From Anaerolineae bacterium (GTDB taxonomy: Bacteria > Chloroflexota > Anaerolineae > Epilineales > Epilineaceae): a stretch of 30,118 nt of DNA. The notes under the pieces are model-generated. The model worked only from the letters and a program-made list of their open reading frames with translations. It did not search any database and was not told the origin of the DNA. Made by a program: the position numbers and the translations under genes. Within the stretch, counting starts at the first letter, position 1. Each line of letters starts with the position of its first letter. Positions 18,401 to 26,900 of this stretch are shown here, piece after piece. The stretch spans positions 1-30,118 of the forward strand of contig JAJCYU010000424.1 in the NCBI GenBank assembly GCA_029262755.1, in the 5' to 3' direction.

Positions 18401-19274
18401 CGGTGCCTGGAACGCGCCGGCCATCACGTGGACGCTCGACGAACTCGGCCATGACGGCGCCGTCTTCACGGCCGTCATCGAGCCCCAAGCCGGCGGCATG
18501 CTGGCAACCGCCGCCCTGACCGTGGCAGATCTACGCGACGGCTGGGGTCAAGCTACCCGCGTGACCTTCCCGATCCCCCAGCTTGAGGTCATCGCACCGA
18601 CCGGCGTGCCGACCGCGCCGCCGGCCGACACGCCGACGCCCGAGCCCACCGGCACGGCGCGCCCCCTGCAACCGGTCTACCTGCCGGTGGCGTTCAATGA
18701 GCGCTGTCTCACCCGTGCGGTGCCGGTCGAGATCGCAATCGTGGTCGACGTATCCAGCAGCATGGGCCAGCCCACGAGCGCGGACGGCCCCTCGAAGCTC
18801 GACGCGGCGCGCGAAGCGGCGACGGCCTTCGTCGACGCCCTGCGCGAAGACGACCGAGCGGCGGTCATCGCCTTCGACGCCGAGGCACGCACGTTGGCCA
18901 CGTTGGCCGACGGACGGCAGGCGGCACGCGACGCGCTCGCCGGCTTGACGACGGGCGAGGGCACGGCGATCGACGCCGGCATCGACGCGGGCCTGGTCGC
19001 GCTCACCACGCGGCGCGAGGGTGCGTGGACGGCCCTCGTGCTGCTGACCGACGGTCGCCCGTCGAGCGAGGCGTACCTCGTTGAGGAAGCCGCGGTCCGC
19101 GCACGCGCGGCGGATGTCACGGTGTACACGATCGGCCTCGGCGCCGACGTGGACGAGGCCCTGCTCCAGATCGTCGCCGGCGATCCGAGCCGCGCGCTCG
19201 TAGCGCCGGACGTACAGGATCTGGCGCCGATCTTCGAGCAACTGCACGCCAACGTGGTGGAGTCCTGCCCGTAG
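15486..19274 (+). CDS. Large secreted NHL-repeat beta-propeller protein with degenerate VWA, Ig-like segment, Pro/Thr linker, internal VYLPVAFN motif and C-terminal VWA domain
   Basis: GGAGG SD and signal peptide ending AGA-Q. NHL repeats (PIDLDVAADGRVFIAD, DVDVAPDGRQIAVADRRGNRVQLF, DFVVDGAGRVYVAD). The C-terminal VWA has MIDAS VVDVSSSM, GTAID, LLTDG and YTIGLG. Confidence 0.9.
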   Translation: MNRLASPSPHRDRPPSHLRGRLAGFPRLLDRPRSVLFAIAVGLAGAGLLSSPDHAPAGAQGGEDLVAYRMVDQWPERTSAAEGLFQNPIDLDVAADGRVFIADPGVGGVHLLQPDGSWATPFGVTGGFPQQLGRVGRIAVQPTQLTSQGGGGGGPVQPLQEEGPEQPASSQRVYVLDPAVERVAIYGLDGGYLDQWSDINGEGIAASADGRVFVLDRDASTVRAFDADTGEELFAFGERGSNDGQFSNFVDVDVAPDGRQIAVADRRGNRVQLFDLASEADLAGETPPPAASHRLTYDLADARFTQGDNSCNGNGVNALGEDRVFVGQGNGACVLDGREVTFAIASSAFSGTICKDTVRLPRLVASAQDPQYFALAVSDPNVGKCGEKRDDLDTTPVVAQYSDESLRRVATVWEAASNEDSDSPILFSPNDLSMPTADTIFVADQSAEVRFFNLEGEQIASSERQSFEGDRSTDFQFFRILEPAGTDVLGEVFGGYVKGQRAGGTRQFESGVGRFRTVEQRTRTGTERVIEPVWVEPQVSRGRRFEVPQLVWNPVSQELLVVRNIVVEQQRTQDVQLQRYTADGDIAGEPFDLPDDGKINPYSDIGVGPDGRIYALDDIYDIVRVFEADGTFVYEVPVAFDARSVAGGPPSEDGQVFVMREPGWVERHAEDGRVTARLDGRPLDFSDPTTLTDFVVDGAGRVYVADGQTSLISVFQETDAANAIPVPNDDDCLFRGLASVDPATIALGETATVTLELLGSCGVGEPPTDIVVVVPYFERLEAGVDPSLGRMTSLTQLVARVDFTRHRAGIVSYYNTVADELPLVGDRDAFIDAARNVTRFTPPNEDLKARLRDAIEHATEMFVDDDRRKVMVLLDPDYCNPNDQARAAQCAGYPPAEDAAAAARAAGITMVVVNGRGAFDLASSDEDVVFNQDGAHRRMVAYAPPPALATDISLVDTLPASIVADPAGLSGNGAWNAPAITWTLDELGHDGAVFTAVIEPQAGGMLATAALTVADLRDGWGQATRVTFPIPQLEVIAPTGVPTAPPADTPTPEPTGTARPLQPVYLPVAFNERCLTRAVPVEIAIVVDVSSSMGQPTSADGPSKLDAAREAATAFVDALREDDRAAVIAFDAEARTLATLADGRQAARDALAGLTTGEGTAIDAGIDAGLVALTTRREGAWTALVLLTDGRPSSEAYLVEEAAVRARAADVTVYTIGLGADVDEALLQIVAGDPSRALVAPDVQDLAPIFEQLHANVVESCP

Positions 19275-19327
19275 CGTCAGCGGTCCGTAGCGTCGCGGAC
19301 TCCTAGCATCGCAACGAGCATCCGTAC

Positions 19328-19359
19328 GCGCCCCCGCCGTCTGTCGACGGCGGGGGCGC
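19328..19359. terminator. Perfect 14-bp GC-rich hairpin downstream of the VWA gene (probable terminator or stabiliser)
   Basis: GCGCCCCCGCCGTC-TGTC-GACGGCGGGGGCGC, with no clean U tract. Confidence 0.55.
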
Positions 19360-19432
19360 TCTGCTGTCGGCGTTCGGCTGTCGGCGCTCTGCTGTCGGCG
19401 TTCGGCTGTCGGCGTTCGGCTGTCGGCGTTCG
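19356..19432. repeat. Heptanucleotide tandem array (11 units)
   Basis: Alternating GCTGTCG with GCGTTCG or GCGCTCT, giving a 14-nt higher-order period. Confidence 0.9.
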
Positions 19433-19644
19433 GCGACCTTCGTCGCAGCCATCCCAAGCGCGCCCACTCTACGACACCGCGACAAGGCCCGGTGCCCGCG
19501 CTCACCGTGCACCACCATGCACCTGTATTGGCAACACTCTCGTTACATCTCGCGCCGGCGGCAGTCACATCCGGTGCCTACAATGCCGGGGCTTGGAGCT
19601 TGGTCGATGTGATCGTCGTCGCCCCGAATCGCAGGAGTGGAAGC

Positions 19645-21357
19645 ATGGGAAAGCGCAGCCTGACCTTCGTTGCCGTCCTGATCGTCGCCGCCCTCGGCGT
19701 GCTCGGCTACCGTCGCATGAACGGCGAAGACGAGGCCGCCGCCGCCACGGCCGAGCTGCACGTGGTGCGCCCCGGCATGCTGGAAGTCACGATCGACACG
19801 GCCGGCAACCTCGCCCCGGCGCGCGAAACCGCGTTGACCTTCCTGAGCGCGGGAATCGTGGCCGAGGTGCTGGCGACGCCGGGCGACATCGTGAATGCGG
19901 GACAAGCGCTGGCCCGGATCGACGAGGCGGACCTCGTGCTCGAGCGCGATGCGGCCGCCGCGGCCCTCGCCAACGCGGAGAGCGTCTTGGCTTCCGCACA
20001 AGCGGCCTTGTCCGAGCTGGCCGACGGACCGGACGAGGTCGACATCGCCGTGTCCCAGATTGCCCTGAACTCCGCGAAGGACGGACTGTGGTCCAAGCAG
20101 ATGTCGCGCGACGCCACCTGTGGCCGTGTCGATGCCGGGCGGGCGCAGGAGGTCGACTGCGATCAGGCCGAGTCGAGCGTGCTCCAAGGCGAGGGCAGCG
20201 TGCGCAGCGCTGAGCTGCAGCACCAACAGCTGCTGGCGGGAGCGACCCGCGCCGAGTTGCGCGACGCGCAGGGCCGTGTCGATCAGGCCGCCAGCCAGCT
20301 CGCCTCGGCGCGGACCAGCTTGGCACGCGCCGAGCGCGACGTGGTCGCGGCGACGGTGACCGCGCCGTTCACCGGCACGCTCATGACGCTCGACGTCACA
20401 CAGGGCGACCGGGTCAGCGCAGGCCAGGCCGCGGCGACGGTCGCCGATCTCTCCGCGTTGCGCATCGAGGTGCTGCTTGGTGAATCCGACGTCGCGCGCG
20501 TAGAAGAGGGCCAGCCGGCCCACATCACGGTCGATGCCTTCCCGGACGCCACGCTGAACGGTGAGGTCATCGGGGTCTCGCCCGCGCCGGAGTCCGTATC
20601 GGGAGTCGTGCTCTACCCGGTGATCGTCGGTCTCTCCCCCGGCGACCTGGCGCTGCGCAGCGGCATGTCGGCCTCCGCGGCGATCGTCACGACACGTGAA
20701 GAGGCTGTCCTGACGGTGCCGCTACGCGCAGTGCAGACCCAGGGCGGCGTGAGCGTCGTGCGCGTGGCGGAGAACTACCCGCGACCGGATGGCGCGGGCG
20801 CTGGGTTGGAAGGCGCGGGCGACGGCGGTGTCGGTGATGGCGGTGTCGGCGATGGCGGTGCGCGAGCAGGCGGCGCGGCTCGTTTCGGTGGCGCGGACGA
20901 CGGCGGCGGCGCACAGGGCGGAGGCGGGGACCCCGACGCGCGGGCGACCCGACGGGCCTCGTTCGCGGCCGGCGGTGGACCACCGGGCGGCGGGGCTCCC
21001 GGCGGTGGTCCCGGCGGTGGACCAGGCGGTGGTGCAGGCGGCGATCCCGGCGCGCTGGCCACGCGGCGCGCGCAGTTCGCGGCGGGCGGCGGTGGCACGG
21101 GTCGCGGATTCCGCGGCGCGGGGGCGCAGGCGAGCGGGCCGATCTCCGTGCCGGCGAACGAAGTGACGAGCCGGTCGGTGCCGGTGATCCTCGGCACGCG
21201 TACCGACACGCTCGTCGTGATCTCGGAGGGTCTCGCACCGGGCGATGTCATCGTTATCGAGCGGGCGGCGGCCGCGGCGGGCGGCGCCGCCGGTGGCGGG
21301 GCACCGGGCGCGCGTGTGCCCTTCGGCGGCTTCGGCGGCGGATTCCGGGGCCGATAG
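19645..21357 (+). CDS. HlyD/MacA-type periplasmic adaptor (membrane fusion) subunit with Gly-rich insertion
   Basis: AGGAG SD and an N-terminal TM anchor. Lipoyl halves GIVAEVLATPGDIVNAGQALARID and TVTAPFTGTL flank a coiled-coil hairpin, followed by ESDVARVEEGQ, LRSGMSA, VLTVPLRAV and ISEGLAPGDVIV. Confidence 0.92.
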   Translation: MGKRSLTFVAVLIVAALGVLGYRRMNGEDEAAAATAELHVVRPGMLEVTIDTAGNLAPARETALTFLSAGIVAEVLATPGDIVNAGQALARIDEADLVLERDAAAAALANAESVLASAQAALSELADGPDEVDIAVSQIALNSAKDGLWSKQMSRDATCGRVDAGRAQEVDCDQAESSVLQGEGSVRSAELQHQQLLAGATRAELRDAQGRVDQAASQLASARTSLARAERDVVAATVTAPFTGTLMTLDVTQGDRVSAGQAAATVADLSALRIEVLLGESDVARVEEGQPAHITVDAFPDATLNGEVIGVSPAPESVSGVVLYPVIVGLSPGDLALRSGMSASAAIVTTREEAVLTVPLRAVQTQGGVSVVRVAENYPRPDGAGAGLEGAGDGGVGDGGVGDGGARAGGAARFGGADDGGGAQGGGGDPDARATRRASFAAGGGPPGGGAPGGGPGGGPGGGAGGDPGALATRRAQFAAGGGGTGRGFRGAGAQASGPISVPANEVTSRSVPVILGTRTDTLVVISEGLAPGDVIVIERAAAAAGGAAGGGAPGARVPFGGFGGGFRGR

Positions 21358-21358
21358 G

Positions 21359-22066
21359 ATGATTGCGCTGCGCGACGTCACGAAGGTCTACCTCCTCGGC
21401 GAGGTCGAGGTCCGCGCGCTGCGGGGCGTGAGCCTCGACATCGCTAGCGGCGAGAAGGTGGCCATCATGGGTCCCTCCGGCTGCGGCAAGTCCACGATGA
21501 TGAACCTGCTCGGCCTGCTCGACACACCGAGCGCCGGCACGATCACGCTCGACGGGCGCGAGGTGTCGGAGCTTGGCGAGGACGAGCTGGCGGCCGCGCG
21601 CAACGCGCGCATCGGCTTCGTGTTCCAGACCTTTCAGCTGCTGCCGCGGGTCAGCGCCATGCGCCAGGTGATGTTGCCGCTCCAATACGCACGCGGCTCG
21701 AAGGCCGAGGGCGCGACCCCGACCGTGCCGCGCGCAGAGCGCGAAGCACGTGCGCGCCAAGCGCTGGTCGACGTCGGCCTGGCCGACCGGATGGCGCACG
21801 ATCCCAGCGAGCTCTCCGGTGGGCAACGGCAGCGCGTGGCCATCGCCCGCGCCTTGGTCAACGAACCATCGATCGTCCTGGCCGACGAGCCGACCGGCAA
21901 CCTCGATTCCGTGTCCGGCGCCGAGATCCTGGCATTGTTCGAGCAGCTGCACGCCGAGCGCGGCATCACCTTCGTTACGGTGACCCACGACGAGGCGATC
22001 GCCGAGCGTGCCTCGCGCATCCTGCGCATGCACGACGGCCTGATCGTGGCGGACGAGCAACGATGA
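21359..22066 (+). CDS. ABC transporter ATP-binding protein (MacB/LolD/YknY-like)
   Basis: Walker A GPSGCGKST, signature LSGGQRQRVAIARAL, Walker B VLADEPTGNLD and H-loop VTHD. Confidence 0.96.
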   Translation: MIALRDVTKVYLLGEVEVRALRGVSLDIASGEKVAIMGPSGCGKSTMMNLLGLLDTPSAGTITLDGREVSELGEDELAAARNARIGFVFQTFQLLPRVSAMRQVMLPLQYARGSKAEGATPTVPRAEREARARQALVDVGLADRMAHDPSELSGGQRQRVAIARALVNEPSIVLADEPTGNLDSVSGAEILALFEQLHAERGITFVTVTHDEAIAERASRILRMHDGLIVADEQR

Positions 22067-23400
22067 GCGCCTCGCGACGACGGCCCGGGCTACCCGCGCT
22101 GGATCTCGAACTCGGCGAGGCCTTCCGCGCCGCGTGGAGCGGCGTGACCGCCAATAAAGTCCGCTCGGGGCTGACCACGCTCGGCGTTCTGATCGGCGTG
22201 GCGACGGTGATCGCGCTGCTCTCCATCGGCGAGGGCGCGCAGGCTTCGATCAGTGGGCGCATCGCGGGCATCGGCACGAACCTGCTCACCGTATCGCGCG
22301 GCCGCTCCTTCGGGCGCGGCGGCGTGCAGGGCGCGGCCGGCAGCGGCGGTCCGCTCACGACCTACGACGTCGTGTCGATCGCCGATCCCGTCGGCGCGCC
22401 GGACGTTGCGCTCGTCGCGCCGGAATACCGGGGCTCGGCGCAGGTGCTCTTCGGCGCCGCGAACCTCAACGTACAGGTGCGCGGCGTCACCGCAGAGCTC
22501 GGCACGGCCTTCGACCTCGACACCACGGCCGGCCGCTTCCACGCCGAGGACGACGTACGCCGCCGCGCCGCCGTGGCCGTGCTGGGCAGCGAGACCGCGG
22601 CCGAGCTCTTCGGCGGCGCGGACCCGATCGGTCAACGCGTGTACATCGCGCTCTCGGGTGGTGGCGGTGCGGCCGGCGGCGAGAACGCCGCGCCGCGCAC
22701 CGTACGCATCCCGCTGACCGTAGTGGGCGTGCTTGGCGAAAAAGGCCGCTCCGCCCTGACCGGCGACGTGGACGGCGCGCTCTTCGTCCCGCTGACCACC
22801 GCGCAGACCCGGCTCTTCGAAGGCCGCAGCGACAAGGGCGAGCCGCTGGTCAGCACGATCAACGTGATGGCGGCGCCCGAGCGCTCCGTCGACGCAGCCG
22901 CGCAGATCGACGCCCTGCTGCGCGCGCGCCGTGGCCTCACGGCCGCCGAGGACGCCGACTTCCAGATCACCAGCCAAGAGGACCTGCTCGAGCTGGCCAG
23001 CGACGTCACGGGCACGATGACGATCTTCCTCGGCGCCATCGCCATGATCTCGTTGCTGGTAGGCGGCATCGGCATCATGAACATCATGTTGGTCTCCGTC
23101 ACCGAGCGCACCCGCGAGATCGGCCTGCGCAAGGCCGTGGGCGCCCGCCGCGCCGACATCCTCGCCCAATTCCTGCTCGAGGCCGTGCTCCTCTCGGTCC
23201 TCGGCGGTGCCATGGGCATCGCCGTCGGCGCCGGCATTGCGATCGGAGTAGACCGCTTCGGCCTCATCGCCACCGCGATCTCCTGGAACGCGGTCGTCCT
23301 GGCCGCCGTCTTCGCGCTGCTCGTCGGGCTCGTATCCGGCGTGTACCCCGCCCTCCGCGCGGCAACGCTCAACCCCATCGAGGCGCTGCGCTACGAGTAG
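22063..23400 (+). CDS. ABC transporter permease (MacB/FtsX/YknZ-like)
   Basis: NKVRSGLTTLGVLIGV, ISLLVGGIGIMNIMLVSVTERTREIGLRKAVGA and YPALRAATLNPIEALRYE. ATGA overlap with the ATPase gene. Confidence 0.96.
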   Translation: MSASRRRPGLPALDLELGEAFRAAWSGVTANKVRSGLTTLGVLIGVATVIALLSIGEGAQASISGRIAGIGTNLLTVSRGRSFGRGGVQGAAGSGGPLTTYDVVSIADPVGAPDVALVAPEYRGSAQVLFGAANLNVQVRGVTAELGTAFDLDTTAGRFHAEDDVRRRAAVAVLGSETAAELFGGADPIGQRVYIALSGGGGAAGGENAAPRTVRIPLTVVGVLGEKGRSALTGDVDGALFVPLTTAQTRLFEGRSDKGEPLVSTINVMAAPERSVDAAAQIDALLRARRGLTAAEDADFQITSQEDLLELASDVTGTMTIFLGAIAMISLLVGGIGIMNIMLVSVTERTREIGLRKAVGARRADILAQFLLEAVLLSVLGGAMGIAVGAGIAIGVDRFGLIATAISWNAVVLAAVFALLVGLVSGVYPALRAATLNPIEALRYE

Positions 23401-23961
23401 GCGCGGCAGGATGAAGGCGCGGTGCTGTAGTGACGGAGCGATGGCGAAGGCGCAGAGAGTTGGCAGGGCTCGGGGGCTGACGAGTGTCGCGGCGGATTGC
23501 CGACCGGCACGGGGCTCGACCGCGGGTATGCTCTAGAGCGCGACTGCGGGCACGGCCGTCGGCTGCTTGGTCGCCGGCTGCTTGGTCGCGCGGCTACACG
23601 GTCGCCGGCGTCACGGTCGCGCGGCGCGATGCGTACGCTCCATCGCGTGTTGCTATCCAAGAAGTCAGCGGGTCGATGGGTCGCCCCAGACGTCAATAGA
23701 CGTGATCGACCGGCATGGCGCATCCCCGCTATCGTCGGAAGTTGCTGTCGGGGACGTCGATTGGACGCGGACTCGCACCCGAGTTCGAGCGCAATAACAC
23801 CTCTTCGTCATCGACCGATCGTGCGAGCCAACCAATGGCGCCCGTCCACTCTCGCGATCTCGCCGCGTTAAGTAACACGATGCATCTTTCGGCTGCGCGC
23901 CGACTCGAGTCGTTCGGAAGAAGCGCGTGGCTTTAGCCGGGACCGGCAAACGGAAGCCTCC

Positions 23962-26900
23962 ATGACCTCGTTGCAGCCGCGGATTGACGACGCTCGACCG
24001 TTGCACCGCCCCTTAGTCACCGTCTCCGCCACCGCCACCGCCACCGCCACCGTCGCGGGCCCCTCGCGACCACGGCGACCACGGCGCGCACGGCCTACGC
24101 TCGTCGCGATCGTGATCGCCGGCGCGGTGGTCGCAGCGCTCGTTGCGACGCTCGCCCACGCGCTCGGGCCGATGGCAGGGCGGGCGGCCGAGCTCACAGC
24201 CGAGGCGGACGGGCGGGCGGATCCGCCGCTGCTCACCCTGGGCGCAACGGATCCGGTCGACACCTTCCGTGTGCCGCGCGGCATGGCCGCCGCGCCGGAC
24301 GGCAGCGTGTACGTCGTCGACCAGGCGAACCACAGGGTCGTGCGGATCTCTTCGCGCGGCGCGGTGCTCGACGCTTGGGGAGGCCGGGGGGCGGCGCCCG
24401 GTCGCTTCGCCGAGCCGACCGGCATCGACGTCGGACGGGACGGCACGGTCTACGTCGCGGATACAGGCAACCACCGCATCCAGCGCTTCGACGGCGGGGG
24501 CACGTTGCTCGCGGTGATCGATGTGCCGAACGAGGCGCCGGATCGATCCGGGCTCGGACCGACGGATGTCGCGGTCGGCCTCGGAGGGTCATTCTACGTC
24601 GCGGACAGCGGCGACTACCTGGTGCGGCAGTACGATGCGGAGGGACAGCCGATCCGTTCGTGGTCGGCGTACAGCGAGGAGCGAGATGCGGACGCCGCTG
24701 CGGCGGCGCGGACTGGTGGCGGGTCGCGTGGCTCGGGTGACAACGGATGGACCGGCCCGACCGGGTTGGGCGGCTCTTCCGGCCCGGGCGGCGGGTCGCG
24801 GGATAGCGGGCTGGATAGATGGGGCGGGCAATCGCAATGGGGCGATCGATCTCGGCAGGACCCGCGGCGTGACGCCGGGCCCTTCGGCACGCTGGCCGGC
24901 CCGCATACCCTGACGGCCGCAGCGCCGCTCACGAGCTGGGTCGGCATCGGCTTTTTCCTCGCGACGGCTCCGGACGGCGACGTGTTCGTGTCTGGTTCCA
25001 CCGTGCGACGCTACACGGCGGATGGCCGCTTTGTGCTGCGCTGGGGTGGCAGCGGCACGCGGCCCGGGTTCTTTCGTGGACCCGGACCGTCCGGAATTGC
25101 GGTGGGTCCGGATGGCACCGTGCACGTGGCGGGCGGCTACGGAGGAAGCCTGCAAGCCTTCGCACCCGATGGGACGTTGCGCGGCTATCAGGTGTTGAAC
25201 GCGGGCACCCCTTGGGGCATCGCCGCAGCTCCGGACGGCGACTTGTACGCGGCGCTGCACCACGGCTCCCGCGGGTCCGTGCTCCGGCTCAGCTCTGATG
25301 GTCATCCGCTGGAACGCTACGGTCACGGGTTCCCGTCCATCGATGGCCCCGGCGATCCGCTGCCGCGCCGTATTGCGCTGCGTTCCGACCACCAGCTGCT
25401 CGTCACCGATCCGCAGGCCGATCGGCTGCTGCGCTATGACACGAATGGAACCTTCCTCGGCACGTGGGGCGGTCCTGGCACGGGACCCGGCCAGTTGGAC
25501 GGTCCGACCGGTCTCGCCGTGGACAGCGTCGACGGGGTCTTCGTCGCGGAGGTAGAGAATCGACGCATCCAGTATGTTGAGCCGGATGGAACGCAGAGCC
25601 TTTCGTTCGGGTCTCGGCCCGGGGATCCGGGCGGCATGGAGCGCCCATGGGACCTTGCATTCCTGCAGACGGAATGGGACCGTGGCAAGCTCGCGGTACC
25701 CGACCGTGGTCGGAACGACGTCCTCAAGTACACGCGGTATGGGGTCCCGTGGGGCGGGATCTACGGCCTGCGCGACCTCACCCTGTCCGGCCCGTCCGCC
25801 GTCGCGAGTGACGCAACGTCGACCTGGATCGCGGACGGCGGGAACGGGCGGCTCATCGAGGTTCGCGACCTCTACCTCCAGCGGATCGTGGCTGCCGCGG
25901 AAGGCGAGGCACCGCTCTTCGGCGCGCCCGAAGGCCTCGCGCTGTCGGACGGCGTCTTGTGGATCGCGGACGCGGAGCGCGGCGTCGTGCTGCGCTATGA
26001 CGGGCCGCCCAGGCGGCTGACGAGCTTCGACGGCGACGGTCTGTTCGTCGCCCCTTCGGGTCTGTCGGCCGACCCGGACGGCAGCCTGTGGATTGTCGAT
26101 CGCGGGCTCCCGGCCGTCGTGCACATGGCTACGGATGGCCGCGTGCTGGACCAGTGGCCTTTGCCGGAGGCTGGGCTCGGTTCCATCGCGCATGAAGGAA
26201 AGCCCGAGATCGCCGTGGGGGCGGACGGAACGCTGGTCGTGCTCGACAGGGCGAAGCAAGCGGTGCTGCGATTCGACGCGGACGCTCGTCCGTTCGACGT
26301 GCTGCGCGACCCGGCGTGGGGAGCGGGTGCCGACATCTGGGCGCAGCATCTGGCTGTGGGGCCCGACGGTTCCACCTATGTGGCGGCCTCTACGGAAGAA
26401 GGCCCGCGGATCAGCCACTTCGGTCCAGACGGGCAGTTGCGCGCAGCGTGGCGGACCGAGCCGGGCGACCCGGATCGGAGCTACATCACGGACATGGCCG
26501 CCGCTCCGGACGGGGTGTTCCTGCTCTACTCGAGCTCCGAGCTTCGCTCGCGCTTCGTGGACTGGCACCTGCCCGATGGCGCGTTGCGGCGGCGCTTTCC
26601 CGCCGAAGACGAGAGCGGCCAGTACTGGCAGCCCGGCCAAATCGCCGCGGCGCCCGACGGCAGCGTCTACGTTACAGAACGCAACTCGGACAAGATCGTG
26701 CGCTACGGGCCGGGCGGCAGCCGGGAGTCCGCGCGTACCGTGGAGGGCGTGGATGCCATCGCGGTCGCGCCGGACGGCAGCCTCGTTGCGGCCTCCCCCA
26801 ACTCCGCGTCGCTCGTCCGTTTCCGCCCGGATGGAGTGGAGACAAGGGTTCGGATGGACCGCGCCTGCGGCATTGCTCTCGAGTCTGACTACAACGTACG

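Noticed and set aside
19356..19432. CRISPR array (also considered for 27828-27930)
   Set aside because: Units are 7-17 nt with no unique 25-45-nt spacers, and there are no cas genes.
23401..23961. Small ORFs, a 15-bp duplication (23561-23590) and c-di-GMP-riboswitch-like words (GGCAAAC, AAGCCTCC) in the 560-bp intergenic region
   Set aside because: The ORFs lack SDs and protein-like composition, the riboswitch words lack the required P2 GAAA tetraloop and P3 stem, and the duplication has only two copies.
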